A stretch of DNA of 64,000 bases, taken from sequence record NC_015251.1. The stretch is one strand, 5' to 3'. This document shows positions 1 to 13,424 of this stretch, piece after piece. The notes below the pieces were generated by a model, which saw only the letters and a list, made by a program, of their open reading frames with translations, had not been told where the DNA came from and did no database searches. The position numbers were made by a program, and so were the translations under genes. Numbering within the stretch: position 1 is the first letter of the stretch; every line of letters begins with the position of its first letter.

Positions 1-2
1 AC

Positions 3-1409
3 AGCGTACTGGTCGATATAGACACGATACTTACCAGCCAGAACACCAGCAAACACAGATACAGATGTATCGGTATTCATGGTAGTTGTACCAGCATTAG
101 CTGGGCTGATCAGTTGCTCACTCGAACCAAGGATAACTGCAACGTTACGGGAACAGATTACAAAGTTACCGTTACCACGACCAGTCTGACGACCGATTTC
201 AGCAGCTTCTTTGTCAATCTGGGTTACCATAGATTTGGCACTTTCACCAGCCCAACGAGCACCACGTACATCATTCGGGTCACCGAAGTTGAATACACCG
301 GTAGCACCGCCATGCTTATTGGTCCAACCGGTTTTACCGATTTGAGCAGTAGCGTTAATCCACAGGATCATTTCGCGGTTGATTTCCAGCATGATTTCGT
401 TAGCCAGAATAGAACTCAGTTCGCTATCAGCATCCAGACCGTGAACGTTACGCAGATCTTGCGCCAGTTCGATGGAGTATTGAGCTTTCAGTTGACGAGC
501 TTTGGCTTCAACAACCTGCTTGTCAATACGGAAACTCATTTCGTTCCATGGGTTATCGCTAGAACCGTTAAAGTTTTCTTGCAGTTCTGCCAGAGAGGTA
601 GCCATACCTTCACCGATTTCAACAGCCAGACGGTCACCGATTACTTTCTGATAGCCAGCAGTTTTAACATCGGTAGCAGTACCAGCAACATAAGCAGCGA
701 TAAACTGAACGATCTTAGTACCAGAAGCAGAATAATTATCAACTTCTTCGTCCAGTTGGAAACGAGCCAGATCACCCACGCTATAAGCGGTATCCTTATC
801 GAAAGCTGGGATCAGGGGCTTGGTAGCACCGCGACCAGAGAAGCTTGCGTCAGGACCGTACATCGGATGGAAGGCTTCGCGAGCTTGTGCATCCAGAGCG
901 TCATCACCGTAGATAGCACGGAGAGTAAACACTTGACCGGTAGAACTTACCATCGGCTGAACACCACAGATATCAAAGGCGATCAGGTTAGCAATGGCAC
1001 GGCGAGCCAGACCCATAACAGCAGGACCAACGGTAGTAATGTTACCGGAAGCTTCACCAGAGGCAATCTTCACAGCGTCATAGCCATGGTCACCAACGAT
1101 GTTAGCCTCGGTCAGAACTTCTTGCATTTGGCTTTCATTCAGGGTTTCGCCGTTTGCTTCAGCATTAGATTTAGCTTCATCAAGCAGGGCTTTGGCTTCT
1201 GCGATACGTGCGGTACGACCGGCAACGTCAATCATAGAATCAACTACAGAACGGTCGGTATAAATACCGCCTTCGTTGGTACTGATATCAACCAGTTGGT
1301 TTTCCATCAGACGAGCAACGATATCTTTGCGTTTCAGAGAGGCGATTTCCGGTGCGCCTTCTTTTTCCAGAAGCGGCTTCCACTTAGCAATTAGATTAGC
1401 TTTAGACAT
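3..1409 (-). CDS. gp23: major capsid protein gp23 (5' part; runs off window start)
   Basis: Manual reverse translation from ATG at 1409 gives MSKANLIAKWKPLLEKEGAPEIASLKRKDIVARLMENQ; strong codon bias; position after gp22; not in the ORF track because there is no stop in the window. Confidence 0.95.
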   Translation of the reverse strand, partial: MSKANLIAKWKPLLEKEGAPEIASLKRKDIVARLMENQLVDISTNEGGIYTDRSVVDSMIDVAGRTARIAEAKALLDEAKSNAEANGETLNESQMQEVLTEANIVGDHGYDAVKIASGEASGNITTVGPAVMGLARRAIANLIAFDICGVQPMVSSTGQVFTLRAIYGDDALDAQAREAFHPMYGPDASFSGRGATKPLIPAFDKDTAYSVGDLARFQLDEEVDNYSASGTKIVQFIAAYVAGTATDVKTAGYQKVIGDRLAVEIGEGMATSLAELQENFNGSSDNPWNEMSFRIDKQVVEAKARQLKAQYSIELAQDLRNVHGLDADSELSSILANEIMLEINREMILWINATAQIGKTGWTNKHGGATGVFNFGDPNDVRGARWAGESAKSMVTQIDKEAAEIGRQTGRGNGNFVICSRNVAVILGSSEQLISPANAGTTTMNTDTSVSVFAGVLAGKYRVYIDQYA

Positions 1410-1481
1410 TTTTATTTTTCCTTTTGGATTTTAAGATAAAACTTTCGGAGTGAAGAACCATTTCCTCATCACCTTCAAATA

Positions 1482-1488
1482 TATTTAG
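1482..1488 (-). promoter_or_regulatory. T4-type late promoter (CTAAATA) upstream of gp23
   Basis: Motif recurs upstream of many virion genes; resembles T4 TATAAATA. Confidence 0.7.
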
Positions 1489-1533
1489 GGGTGTAAAAAT
1501 ACTTTATTTTTATGATTACACCCCAAAGCTGGA

Positions 1534-2372
1534 TTACATCCAATTCATAAGATTGGCAACTGATTCGTCAATCTTTTTCTCAGGTTTCTTTTTAGGGTCT
1601 TTCTTATCTTTGGCGTCTTTATCTTCCTTTTTCTCACCCTTATCATCTTCGTCTTCATCCGCCTTAAAATTCAAGCCATCACCGGCTTCATTAATAGGCT
1701 TTGAAGTGGGCTCTACTTTTTGAGCAACCATTTCAACGAGAGATTCTACACGGGTTTTAAATTGGTCAGATTTACCAAAAGAAATACCTTCACTCAGAGA
1801 AAGAACTTGTTCCTGTTGAACAACGGTAAGGTCCTTAATTGCTTCAGCGATAATATTACCGCGCTCTTGTTTCTGTACAGATTCCAGCAGTTCGGAATTT
1901 TTTGTAAGAAGAACATTAATTTCATCGCGAGCTTCAGAAAGTTCGGATTCCATTTCTTCTACAACATTAATAGACTCTTCAGGAATATGGACATTATGAG
2001 AAACAAATGCTTCTTTCAGAGAAGCCAGAAGGGATTCTGCCAATTGAGATTTAATACCGGACTCAATCGCTACTTTATTTTCGTCCATAAACTGTTCAGT
2101 TAGATGTTCGAAATAACTATCGATAGTGCTAGTAAGATCTACAATTTTAGCAGCAGCAGCTTCTTCAATTAGAGCTTCACTTTGAGCGGCAATCTGTTCG
2201 ATGTGAGATTCAGCAAGACGAGCGGATTCAACTTGAACTTTAGATTGGAACACTTCATTAAGAGTTTCTTTAACACTTTCACTCAGTTGAACACCTTCCA
2301 GTGCTTTAGAAAGTGCGTCAGTTTCACGACAATCTTTTTAGATTCGCTGAGTAGTTGGTCTTTAATAGACAT
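1534..2372 (-). CDS. gp22: prohead core/scaffold protein gp22 (1-bp indel near 2325)
   Basis: LAESHI, GIKSQLAESLL and FVSHNVHIPEES motifs; true start ATG 2372 (MSIKDQLLSESKKI) joins the 239-aa ORF frame after a 1-nt shift. Confidence 0.9.
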
Positions 2373-2396
2373 TTGGGTTTTTCCTTATTTTTAAAG

Positions 2397-3122
2397 TTAA
2401 TTCTTTAATGCTTCGATTAAAGCAATAACTGCTTTATCTGAATTATTTAGGGTGCTATTTTCTTGGGTTTTTGACTCATTAACTCGATAAGCATTGGTAT
2501 ATGCATTCGGAGCACTAGGTCCCCAAACAACATCAACCCCAACCGTAAGTTTATAACCCTCTTGAACTTCGTTTAAACCACGGGAGTTCTTTTTGAGTGA
2601 ACCCAATCCGCGAGAAGATACACCGGGAACCCAACCAGCACGTATCAAAGCCGCAACTTTATCACCATGAGCATGATCACCCTCTACAATACGAGCGCGA
2701 CCATATACGTCATTACCTTTCCACCACAGCTTTTCTATTACCAACGCCGATTTTGACGGGTCTGGATATGACCGATCTCCGGGGTGATTTAATTCACCCA
2801 AAGATTGTTTGGATGCAACCTGTTCTTTGATATATTTATCGACCGCCTTTTCCATAATAGCTTTGGGATATATACGCCCATTCCCATTCGGGACTTCAGC
2901 TTGTAGGAAAATTCCTTCAATATAAAGGTTGCCAGTAGATTTATCATCGAACGATTCAACTAAGTATTGTCCTTTATATGGGATATCCGACACACTCTTT
3001 TCTGTTAACGTTTCATTGGGAGTTCTATATTCATTGCTCCAATGTTCAATCAAAAGCATCGGATTTGATTGAACACCGTTATCTCTCCCTTCCCAATTTT
3101 CTACTAGAATATTTTCAAACAT
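2397..3122 (-). CDS. gp21: prohead protease gp21
   Basis: LYIEGIFLQAE, NGRIYP, GELNHP and GVSSRGLGSL motifs. Confidence 0.95.
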   Translation of the reverse strand: MFENILVENWEGRDNGVQSNPMLLIEHWSNEYRTPNETLTEKSVSDIPYKGQYLVESFDDKSTGNLYIEGIFLQAEVPNGNGRIYPKAIMEKAVDKYIKEQVASKQSLGELNHPGDRSYPDPSKSALVIEKLWWKGNDVYGRARIVEGDHAHGDKVAALIRAGWVPGVSSRGLGSLKKNSRGLNEVQEGYKLTVGVDVVWGPSAPNAYTNAYRVNESKTQENSTLNNSDKAVIALIEALKN

Positions 3123-3124
3123 AA

Positions 3125-3595
3125 TTAGAGCCCCATAGCGTCACGCTTGCGCATTGCCTTTTTATATTTTCTACGGGCACGAATTTGAATACTAGGATTA
3201 GCCCGTTTGGTCTTAACTGCATGACGCGCAATTTGACGGCGCTGACTTTTGCTAAGTCCAGTTGTTTGGCTGGCTCTACGTGCTCGCGTAGCTCGGTCGT
3301 GTATCCGAGTTACAGCACCAGCAGCGTTTACACGCTTAACTAGAACCTCATTTAAATCTTCTTGACCTTCAATAATAGATATAATAGCCAAAGCAGAAAT
3401 TGCATTTTGAGCTATCATATTTTCAGCAACGATAATTGCATCGTCTCCAAAAGATTCCATCATCTTTTTGGCTACTGGCGTTTGAGTTTCTACGCATTCG
3501 GAAATTGCTTGCATGAGCATGTCATACTCAAGATCAGATTCAATAACGCGAGAACCTTTTACGCCCCATTTGGAAATAACTAACTCTTTTTCCAT
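3125..3595 (-). CDS. gp68: prohead core protein gp68
   Basis: Basic C-terminus TTGLSKSQRRQIARHAVKTKRANPS; synteny. Confidence 0.9.
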   Translation of the reverse strand: MEKELVISKWGVKGSRVIESDLEYDMLMQAISECVETQTPVAKKMMESFGDDAIIVAENMIAQNAISALAIISIIEGQEDLNEVLVKRVNAAGAVTRIHDRATRARRASQTTGLSKSQRRQIARHAVKTKRANPSIQIRARRKYKKAMRKRDAMGL

Positions 3596-3621
3596 TTTTA
3601 TTTTCCTTGGGTTGTTAAAAA

Positions 3622-3777
3622 TTATTCTTGGTCATCCTCAAACGGGGCAAGAGTCGCCCCAATATGATTCCGCATATCCTGAGTTTTAGCAGCAATGCGA
3701 GAGTACATTTCATTCTCAAAAGCAGACCTAGCCGCAATCAAATCACCATTTTGTGCTGCATTAATAAATTCTTCCAT
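3622..3777 (-). CDS. gp67: prohead core protein gp67 (51 aa, below ORF-track cutoff)
   Basis: MEEFINAAQNGDLIAARSAFENEM resembles T4 gp67 NDLVAARKLFAEAM; synteny; late promoter at 3791-3797. Confidence 0.8.
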   Translation of the reverse strand: MEEFINAAQNGDLIAARSAFENEMYSRIAAKTQDMRNHIGATLAPFEDDQE

Positions 3778-3802
3778 CACTCTATACCTTTATTTAGTGT
3801 AG

Positions 3803-5377
3803 TTAAAAATCTTCAAGTTCATCGGGAGTTGGTTTATAAATAACATCCTTCAACTCTTCATCTATTTTACTTCTTTCTTCTTCGATCTGTTGATCTGTCA
3901 TCTTAAGGATGTTTTTCATTACCGTATCGTGGGAAATATATTTTCCGGTAATCTGGTTCTGAGCCATCATAGATATAATATTGATTCTACGTTCCAATAT
4001 TTCCAAATCCTTCAATTCTTCATAATAGGAATCTTTTGCGTAGACAATACGAATATTTTCTTTTTCCACATCCCATTCTTCTTGGGTCATTACTCCCTTA
4101 AGAATTAGGTTAGTAATTAGTGGGTCATAGAAAATAACATCAAATTGACGCTGCATTCCACGAACAATTTTACTGAATAACAGTTCATCGCGAGTAATAT
4201 CACCGCCAGACGAGAAAGTAACACCACCAGATTCCATAGGGAGACGACTAAGCGGAATTTTCATTGCTTCGAACAATTTACGGTTGAACCAACGAACGTC
4301 ATCCATTTCACCCATAGACTGAGCACCCGGAAGAGTAGATATTTCTGTAGTTGCTTTACCATCACGGCGCATCAACCAAAAATCTTCAGTCATACTTAGG
4401 TTATTTGAGGCAGTTTTAACTTTACCGGTAGAACTATCGTAAACAACTCGGTTTTTGAATCCCTGCATTACTTTGTTTACATGTTCAGTAGCCTTTTTAG
4501 GCTGCATATTACCTACATCAATATAAAATATTCTACGTTCTGGGGCGCGGGTTACACGATATATAACCATCGCATCTTCCAACATCTTCAATTGGTTTGC
4601 TGGTTTAATTGCAGCATGAAGATAACCAATTATAGAACGTCCATCACAAGAAACCTTACCGCTATGTGCGTAAGTCATCGCACTTTTAGGAATGGTTATT
4701 TGGTTGTTATTTGATGTGTTTATATTATTGAAAAGGAAGTTATCAGTACCTGAATACGTGAAATACTCTCTATATCCTTTATAAACCTGAGAACCGTTTT
4801 CGTCTTCTCTAAAGTTTTCTCTATGAAATTGTACCGTTCTTGGATCTAACAATCTAAGCTCAACGATACCTTTCTTTTTATCATTAGGGTCAATCATTTT
4901 ATGGAAGTAAATTCTACTATCTACGTACCATCTACGATATAACCGCTTTCCTTCTTTTTCAAATTTCAAGAGCCGCAATACTTCTTTAAATTCTTCTTGA
5001 ACTAGGTTTTTAACTCTTTCGTTCCATTTTGTGGAATCGAGATTAATAGATACACATTCTTTTTCATCTTCCTGTACTATCGCATCATTGATTATTTCAT
5101 CAATCGCATTATCAACTTCATGATAATTTGTTAGTGAGCGATATTGGTTGATTAATTGACGGGTATTTTGAATTTGGGGGTTTGTCCCGAAAGCATATGC
5201 TTGATACGCTTTATTTGGTGCAGACACATCATTTCTATCTATCGAGTTTGCGCCGTCTGGGTTATCAGGAGCGGCAAAACTATCAATACCTGATGTGAGT
5301 TCTTGCTTTAATTCTTTATCCTCGGATTTTGACCAAGGCTTTAAAAAACTAAGCATATTGAAGTAGCCATTTGCCAT
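3803..5377 (-). CDS. gp20: portal vertex protein gp20
   Basis: EVDNAIDEIINDAIV, YLHAAIKPANQLKMLEDAMVIYRVTRAPERRIFYIDVGN and EDFWLMRRDGK. Confidence 0.97.
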   Translation of the reverse strand: MANGYFNMLSFLKPWSKSEDKELKQELTSGIDSFAAPDNPDGANSIDRNDVSAPNKAYQAYAFGTNPQIQNTRQLINQYRSLTNYHEVDNAIDEIINDAIVQEDEKECVSINLDSTKWNERVKNLVQEEFKEVLRLLKFEKEGKRLYRRWYVDSRIYFHKMIDPNDKKKGIVELRLLDPRTVQFHRENFREDENGSQVYKGYREYFTYSGTDNFLFNNINTSNNNQITIPKSAMTYAHSGKVSCDGRSIIGYLHAAIKPANQLKMLEDAMVIYRVTRAPERRIFYIDVGNMQPKKATEHVNKVMQGFKNRVVYDSSTGKVKTASNNLSMTEDFWLMRRDGKATTEISTLPGAQSMGEMDDVRWFNRKLFEAMKIPLSRLPMESGGVTFSSGGDITRDELLFSKIVRGMQRQFDVIFYDPLITNLILKGVMTQEEWDVEKENIRIVYAKDSYYEELKDLEILERRINIISMMAQNQITGKYISHDTVMKNILKMTDQQIEEERSKIDEELKDVIYKPTPDELEDF

Positions 5378-5433
5378 TATGAGTGTTCCTTAACTTATAT
5401 ACATTATTTAGGGTAGTTAAAAAGTAAAGGAAT

Positions 5434-5453
5434 TGGGGATATATCAATATCCC
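5434..5453. terminator. intrinsic terminator after gp19
   Basis: GGGGATAT-atca-ATATCCCC hairpin. Confidence 0.65.
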
Positions 5454-5466
5454 CACACCCTTTTTA

Positions 5467-5955
5467 TTATTCCCACCAATCCAGAGTTGTTACTACTTCA
5501 AACATTTCAACTTCAGAACCGGTATCCCAATCAAGAGCGAGTTCTGAAATTTGTGAAGGCCACAATCCAAATATGGTATAAGAACGAGTACGATTACCCG
5601 CACGATCTAGCTGGTGAACAGTAGCTTCCTTTTTATAGGTTGCTGGCGCTTCACCGTTAATATTTCGACCAAGTGCTTGAGCTAGGTTTTGCCACTCAAT
5701 AAATTGTTGGCGGGTATTATGCTCTGGGTCATTATATACCGTAATAGTCCAGTCATCGAAAGTTCGGTCACCGGCAAGTTTCATTTTCTTATTTTGGTAA
5801 CCAAGAATAACCGGCTCTACGGTTGCAGCAGGCATAGAAGCCGCTTTAACTTTAAATCTGAGCGAATCCCCCATAAAAGGGATCTCTACTTCGAAAAGGT
5901 TTGGTCTTGCCAAGTCGCCATTTCCGAATGCTCTTGTAACATCTGTTAAATCCAT
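5467..5955 (-). CDS. gp19: tail tube protein gp19
   Basis: DLARPNLFEVEIP, KLAGDRTFDDWTITVYND and WPSQISELALDWD. Confidence 0.97.
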   Translation of the reverse strand: MDLTDVTRAFGNGDLARPNLFEVEIPFMGDSLRFKVKAASMPAATVEPVILGYQNKKMKLAGDRTFDDWTITVYNDPEHNTRQQFIEWQNLAQALGRNINGEAPATYKKEATVHQLDRAGNRTRSYTIFGLWPSQISELALDWDTGSEVEMFEVVTTLDWWE

Positions 5956-6010
5956 CAGAAAATCCTCTTAGAATATGGATTAATGGGGTTGTTACACCCC
6001 ATATATTAGT

Positions 6011-8047
6011 TTATACTGGTGCGCCGACAAGTTCTGCGAAATCAGTACCGGTTCCTACCGCCGAGAAATTCAGGGTAACGAAGTTGATAGAACGTGCTGG
6101 TTTGATCATGATGGTTGCAACAAACTCGTTACGGTCAATGACTGATGGAGTGTTGTTAGTTTCATCACATATAACCAAGAAGTCATAAATTCCGCCAAGA
6201 CTCTTAATAGAATCCAGATAGGAATTAACTTCACTACGGAAAGACGAACGGGTAAACGCATCGTTATTTTCGAACAGTTTGTATTTTGCACTTTCAGAAA
6301 TAGATTTCTTCAACAGGTTAAACAATCTACGAACGTTGATACGGTCAAACGGAGTAGGTGCCAAGCTCATTGTCTTATCACCGTACAGGATAAATCCTTG
6401 ACCGGGGAAGCCCACAACAGCGTTTAGACTATTCTGATAAAGCTCATCACGATGTGACTGACGGGTTTCTATAGCCAACTTACGAACGTTCATGATCTGT
6501 CCACGGTTGAAACCGGCAGGACTCATCCACGGTTGTGATACTGTGTCTGTACGTGCGCACAATCCAGCCAAGTCGGCAGACAGTGGGATCCAACGGTTAG
6601 TATCATTATACTTATCGTATTGATACTTGTAGTTGGCAGCAGCAGAACTATAGGTTGTACCAATATTCATGTTGTTATCAACTACAGCACCGCTATTAGT
6701 TAGACCTTTACGCCATTCAACTACTTTAGCAACCGCAGTCGCAACCGGTAGGTTGATCATATATTCCCGTGGTGGACTAATCCAACCCAAGCAATCCTGA
6801 CGCTCATCACATATTGCAGCTACAGACTTCTGTACGGTAGATGCAGTTTCAGCACCTTCACCAGCACAAGAACCAGCAATGAACAGGTTAACATCTACGT
6901 GCTCACGGTCAGAAAACATATCCCAACCAGTGATCCAATCCCCAGCACTTGCAGAATCGTTACCACTAGTTCCGCCACCGAATGTCAGAATACCAGAGAA
7001 TTCAGCGGGCCAGCTTTCAGAAACACCTTGAACGAATGTAGAATATCCGTTTACAAAGAATTCATCGATATGTATACTAGAACCATATATATCACGGTCT
7101 GATGGTTTAGTTGACAATACACGCGATTCAACGGCAGATCCGCCCATGAATACAATCATTGCAAACTGGTCTTTGGTTTGTGGACCATATTCCAGATAAG
7201 AACTTGGGGTTATATTTCCAAATTTAAGACCGGACGGGAAGGTATCCAAATTAACAGTATTAACTGTAGTTGGTTTTCCATCAACTCCAAATTTGTAATA
7301 ATCCTTATATGCAATAAATGCAACTTGAATATTATCACCCTTATCACCAGCATAACGAGATGCAACAACAGGGATCTTATATTTCTCACACATATCGATA
7401 TATGTGTCACTATTTTGATCTCGTCTTAGTAGAGATTCACGGGCATATTCATCATTTGGTATATAAATATTACTATCCTGTGAAATCCCATTAAGTACAC
7501 CAGTTGCACTTTGACCAGCACCGGGACCGCCCGAAGTAAATTGCATCTGCCAGCCATTTTGAAGATCTGGATAATCATTAAGCTCTTTGGCTTTTGCAAC
7601 GATTTCAGCAGATTTGAAAGTTACAAATTCAACACCACCAGTTGAGTTAACCGCAGTTACTTTACCGGTTGTTACAGTTACGCCATTTTGAAGAATTTTA
7701 ACATCGTCACCAATACGGTAATCTACGCCGGGTGATGTAATGGTAAAATCTACAGTATCAAATAGCGGGCTAGAGTTGCGAGCATTTACACTATCTAGAA
7801 TCCGGACAAGACGAAGGTCATTTCCATAATTCAAGAAGTTGATACCACTGAATACGCTATCAGCGGTTTGGTTATCTGGGCGTCCAAAACGATCTATTAG
7901 ATCTGGTTCGGAAACCACTTGAGATATCTGATATGCAGGCCCCCACTGGAATTTACCAGCTAATGCAGCGCGACCCGTAGAAGAACGCGCAATAGTAACC
8001 TGCATATTCATCTCTTTGGCTTCTACGCCGGGAGAAAGTAATGCCAT
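6011..8047 (-). CDS. gp18: tail sheath protein gp18
   Basis: MALLSPGVEAKE, KFQWGPAYQI, WMSPAGFNRG and FDRINVRRLF. Confidence 0.97.
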   Translation of the reverse strand: MALLSPGVEAKEMNMQVTIARSSTGRAALAGKFQWGPAYQISQVVSEPDLIDRFGRPDNQTADSVFSGINFLNYGNDLRLVRILDSVNARNSSPLFDTVDFTITSPGVDYRIGDDVKILQNGVTVTTGKVTAVNSTGGVEFVTFKSAEIVAKAKELNDYPDLQNGWQMQFTSGGPGAGQSATGVLNGISQDSNIYIPNDEYARESLLRRDQNSDTYIDMCEKYKIPVVASRYAGDKGDNIQVAFIAYKDYYKFGVDGKPTTVNTVNLDTFPSGLKFGNITPSSYLEYGPQTKDQFAMIVFMGGSAVESRVLSTKPSDRDIYGSSIHIDEFFVNGYSTFVQGVSESWPAEFSGILTFGGGTSGNDSASAGDWITGWDMFSDREHVDVNLFIAGSCAGEGAETASTVQKSVAAICDERQDCLGWISPPREYMINLPVATAVAKVVEWRKGLTNSGAVVDNNMNIGTTYSSAAANYKYQYDKYNDTNRWIPLSADLAGLCARTDTVSQPWMSPAGFNRGQIMNVRKLAIETRQSHRDELYQNSLNAVVGFPGQGFILYGDKTMSLAPTPFDRINVRRLFNLLKKSISESAKYKLFENNDAFTRSSFRSEVNSYLDSIKSLGGIYDFLVICDETNNTPSVIDRNEFVATIMIKPARSINFVTLNFSAVGTGTDFAELVGAPV

Positions 8048-8059
8048 TTTATTTTCCTT

Positions 8060-10285
<2,226 letters not shown>

Positions 10286-10296
<11 letters not shown>

Positions 10297-10792
10297 CGTT
10301 CACCTCTTCAGATTCACCCTCAATAATAAGGGATTTAGCCTGTGTCTGAGTTCCTTCCTTCATCATTAATTCTGATGGTGTTCCAACAAAAACAGTAGCA
10401 TTCTCAATATTAATAGAGTCTTCTTTCTTAGTAGGAGTACCAGCTTTTGTTTTCTCAGATGTAATTGCATCCATTTCTTTATGGAGTCTTAATATTTCTT
10501 TGGTGTTTGCTGTCATAGCAGTCATAAGACTAACAAACGCATTTACTTGATTAGGACTCTCTGAATTTTTAGCGTTTTCTAATGCGATAGCAGCCATAGC
10601 CATCATCATTTGTTGTTGCTGGTTTATAGACTTACGGGCAAGGTTATAATCATCAGCAAGGTCTTGAACACGTTCCACTGGATTTGATACTACATCGACC
10701 AAAACTGTGGGTTCGTAAACTACTACGTCCCCACCATCAAATCCGGGTAATCCCGTAGTGTCTAAAAGACTCTTTATATCTAAACCTCTCAT
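10286..10792 (-). CDS. gp16: terminase small subunit gp16
   Basis: SNPVERVQDLADDYNLARKSI, ALENAKNSESP and NIENATVFVGTPSELM. Confidence 0.92.
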
Positions 10793-11613
10793 GGATTATT
10801 CTCTCTTGGTTCTGGTGGATTAGGTTCCACTGGAATAGGTATGCTATGGGACATTGTTTCTATATAAGAACCATCCCAATCTGATTTCAGAACGTCTACC
10901 GGTACTACTTGACTGTCAGCAGATTCAAAATATGAATCATCTGTTGGTAGTTGTTTCATATTACCGTTGAAATCTAGATATGTTGTTCGAATCTCACCTT
11001 TAAGATCTGCAAAATTGGCATATAACCATCCATCCAATTCAAATATCAAAGTCCATTCTAACCGTCTACGTTCCGACCGATCACCTTCCACACTCTCTTC
11101 CATAGCAACTGATTGGAATGTAATCTGAATATCTCTATCAATCGGAGTTGCCTTATCGTACAATTCCGTCATCTTACATACGAAATTAGGCTGAAAGTAA
11201 GGTAATATTTGCTCTACGATTGTAAGCATATCAGTTTCATATCGAGTCATTATAGAAACTTCATACATGAATTTATATGGAACTGGGTTGAAAATCATAT
11301 ATGACTTTCCGCATTTCTTATTAATGTTTCTAACGTTCATAGCGGTTTTCATTTGCCCGTTATAGTTCATATCAACCATATGAACACCGATTCTAGGTAA
11401 TATAGTTTCGCCTCGGGCAATCTCACCATCGCGCATATTATTAAATTCACTATTTATTTTAGTAACAAATCTTTCTTTAGAAGCATAAGTTAAAGGTACT
11501 TTATTGTAATATTTAATACCGTCTCTTTCTCTTTCTACTTGAACGCCACTCAAAAGTTCCATAAGGAGTATTGAATATCGTCTCATCGAACTATTATAAT
11601 TATAACCAAACAT
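10789..11613 (-). CDS. gp15: tail sheath stabilizer/terminator gp15
   Basis: MFGYNYNSSMRRYSIL, KVPLTYASKE, EQILPYFQPNF. Confidence 0.95.
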   Translation of the reverse strand: MFGYNYNSSMRRYSILLMELLSGVQVERERDGIKYYNKVPLTYASKERFVTKINSEFNNMRDGEIARGETILPRIGVHMVDMNYNGQMKTAMNVRNINKKCGKSYMIFNPVPYKFMYEVSIMTRYETDMLTIVEQILPYFQPNFVCKMTELYDKATPIDRDIQITFQSVAMEESVEGDRSERRRLEWTLIFELDGWLYANFADLKGEIRTTYLDFNGNMKQLPTDDSYFESADSQVVPVDVLKSDWDGSYIETMSHSIPIPVEPNPPEPRENNP

Positions 11614-11663
11614 AGGGATCCCCTTTATTGTTATTTAGGGGGATTTAATCCCCCAATCATTTT

Positions 11664-12465
11664 TTAATCAAAACCCCAATCTTTTTGTTTATCTTCACAT
11701 GGATCTTGTGGTTTATATTCAACCCATGGTGTAAATGGTGCAGTTGCTATAGGTAATCCAGTACCAATTATGGTATCAAAATCATCTATAAAATCTTCGG
11801 CTTCATCCGCAATGAAATCGTCTTCTTCATATTCGATTATTGATGTATCAACCCGCTTATCTAGATTTCTAATTGGATCCAATCCAGAATCCATAACAAA
11901 ATCAGAAGGATTAAATTCAGGTTTTGAGTTCTTCACCAGAATAAATAAATTTCTGAGCAGTTATTTTGTATTGTGTTTCCTGACCCATTTGGAAAAATGG
12001 GTTATTAGGTTCAACCCAAGTAACCTCAAAAATGGCATTATTCATAGGGAAATATATAAGATCGCCCTCCCGAGCTTTATCACCATCCGCCTGTCTATTA
12101 AACAACTCTGGGGAAATAGTGAATTGAGCTTCGTCATTAACACTCATACCGAATTTAGAAAAGAATTCCTGACGACCCTCATAACCTTCAAAGCTGTCAA
12201 GATACATTGCGACTCGATATGCCTTGTTGAATTTGGATTGCATATCCTCACCAAATAAAAGGTCTAGCTTTACAAACTCTCTCCGCATATAATAAACTTC
12301 AATACCTTTCATCTGTATAGATTCGGATATCAATTGTCTTGCAAATGCTTGAGAATATCCATATTGATAGTTGTTCATGTGGGGATTTAAAATTTCTTTC
12401 TTGTTTGTGTCGTCTTCGTATCCAGTACCGTTTTCAAGACGAGCAAAAAGATTTTCATTGAACAT
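11664..12465 (-). CDS. gp14: neck protein gp14 (split by an extra base in the T4 run at 11922-11925)
   Basis: LISESIQMKGIEVYYMRRE and GDLIYFPMNN; FIYSGEELK continues as PEFNPSDF in the adjacent 90-aa ORF. Confidence 0.9.
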
Positions 12466-12470
12466 AGTAA

Positions 12471-13391
12471 TTACCCCACAATGATCGCATCAGGACCAGA
12501 TAATGAAAGAAGTTCTTCTCTAAGTTTTTCGATTTCTTCTTTAGCTTCTTGAATTAAACGAACCCCGTCAACGGTTACGCCTCCCGGTAATTGCATACCC
12601 TGATGTTTAGCCAATATACTACCCCATATGTCTTTTACGAATGCAGTAGACATATCTTTAATCCATCGGTTGTCGTATACCTTTTGATCTGGGAAATCAT
12701 TTCTAGCTTCGCCTACAACCCATTCAGGAAGTTTGTTATATGGATTAGCCCATTTTTGTTCTAGGGTTGCATTATCACCAGAACCAATCGGGGTATATGA
12801 CCCAAAATTATTATATGCAAATTCATCAAGATCTACGAAGTTTTGAATATATACTTCAATAACAAGAACGTCACCTTTTTTGAAATTTTTACCAGATATC
12901 TGAAGAATACCCGCCTTGGTATCAAAATCATATTCTGGTAATGGGTTTAGCTGATCTTGTAACAGCTTCTGATATGAACTAAATTGTGCAAAATAACCAA
13001 CACTACCAATATTACCGAATGGGCTTGGTCCGTGATAACAAGAACCACCTGCCCCACTAATGCTCATAATAAATCCGGTGAACCAGTTAAGAGGAACACC
13101 ACCACCTAACAGGGTTGTATTTCCAACTTGAGATCTAAGGATTTTTGTCACGGCGAATATAGGATATTCACTCAAATCTATATATCCCGTTAGAGCTTGT
13201 TCCTCGGTCATTACGATGGTAATGAAGGCTCTATTAAGTGCATCATGATGATAATCTTTATACAGTTCTAGGGCACGGCCTATACTGTCATAAATTTGAG
13301 TTTCCGTTACTTCTACGTTGATTACAGGGGCACCCAACCGGCGCAGAATATTATCTTTCAATTCTCTTGGATTGTTACAGGTATTAAACAT
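12471..13391 (-). CDS. gp13: neck protein gp13
   Basis: NPRELKDNILRRLGAPVINVEVT, YDNRWIKD and KHQGMQLPGGVTVDG. Confidence 0.96.
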   Translation of the reverse strand: MFNTCNNPRELKDNILRRLGAPVINVEVTETQIYDSIGRALELYKDYHHDALNRAFITIVMTEEQALTGYIDLSEYPIFAVTKILRSQVGNTTLLGGGVPLNWFTGFIMSISGAGGSCYHGPSPFGNIGSVGYFAQFSSYQKLLQDQLNPLPEYDFDTKAGILQISGKNFKKGDVLVIEVYIQNFVDLDEFAYNNFGSYTPIGSGDNATLEQKWANPYNKLPEWVVGEARNDFPDQKVYDNRWIKDMSTAFVKDIWGSILAKHQGMQLPGGVTVDGVRLIQEAKEEIEKLREELLSLSGPDAIIVG

Positions 13392-13424
13392 TTTAGGATC
13401 CTTATTGTATTTCCTTTATTTAGA

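Noticed and set aside
114-1394. 426-aa plus-strand ORF
   Set aside because: It is the antisense shadow of the strongly codon-biased gp23 gene; Thr/Ser/Phe-rich, with no RBS and no recognisable motifs
11917-11936. Programmed frameshift in gp14 (and likewise gp11, gp22, gp5, gp7, hub and J-protein)
   Set aside because: The truncated products lack conserved essential C-termini, there are no canonical slippery heptamers with stimulators, and the breaks cluster like low-quality reads
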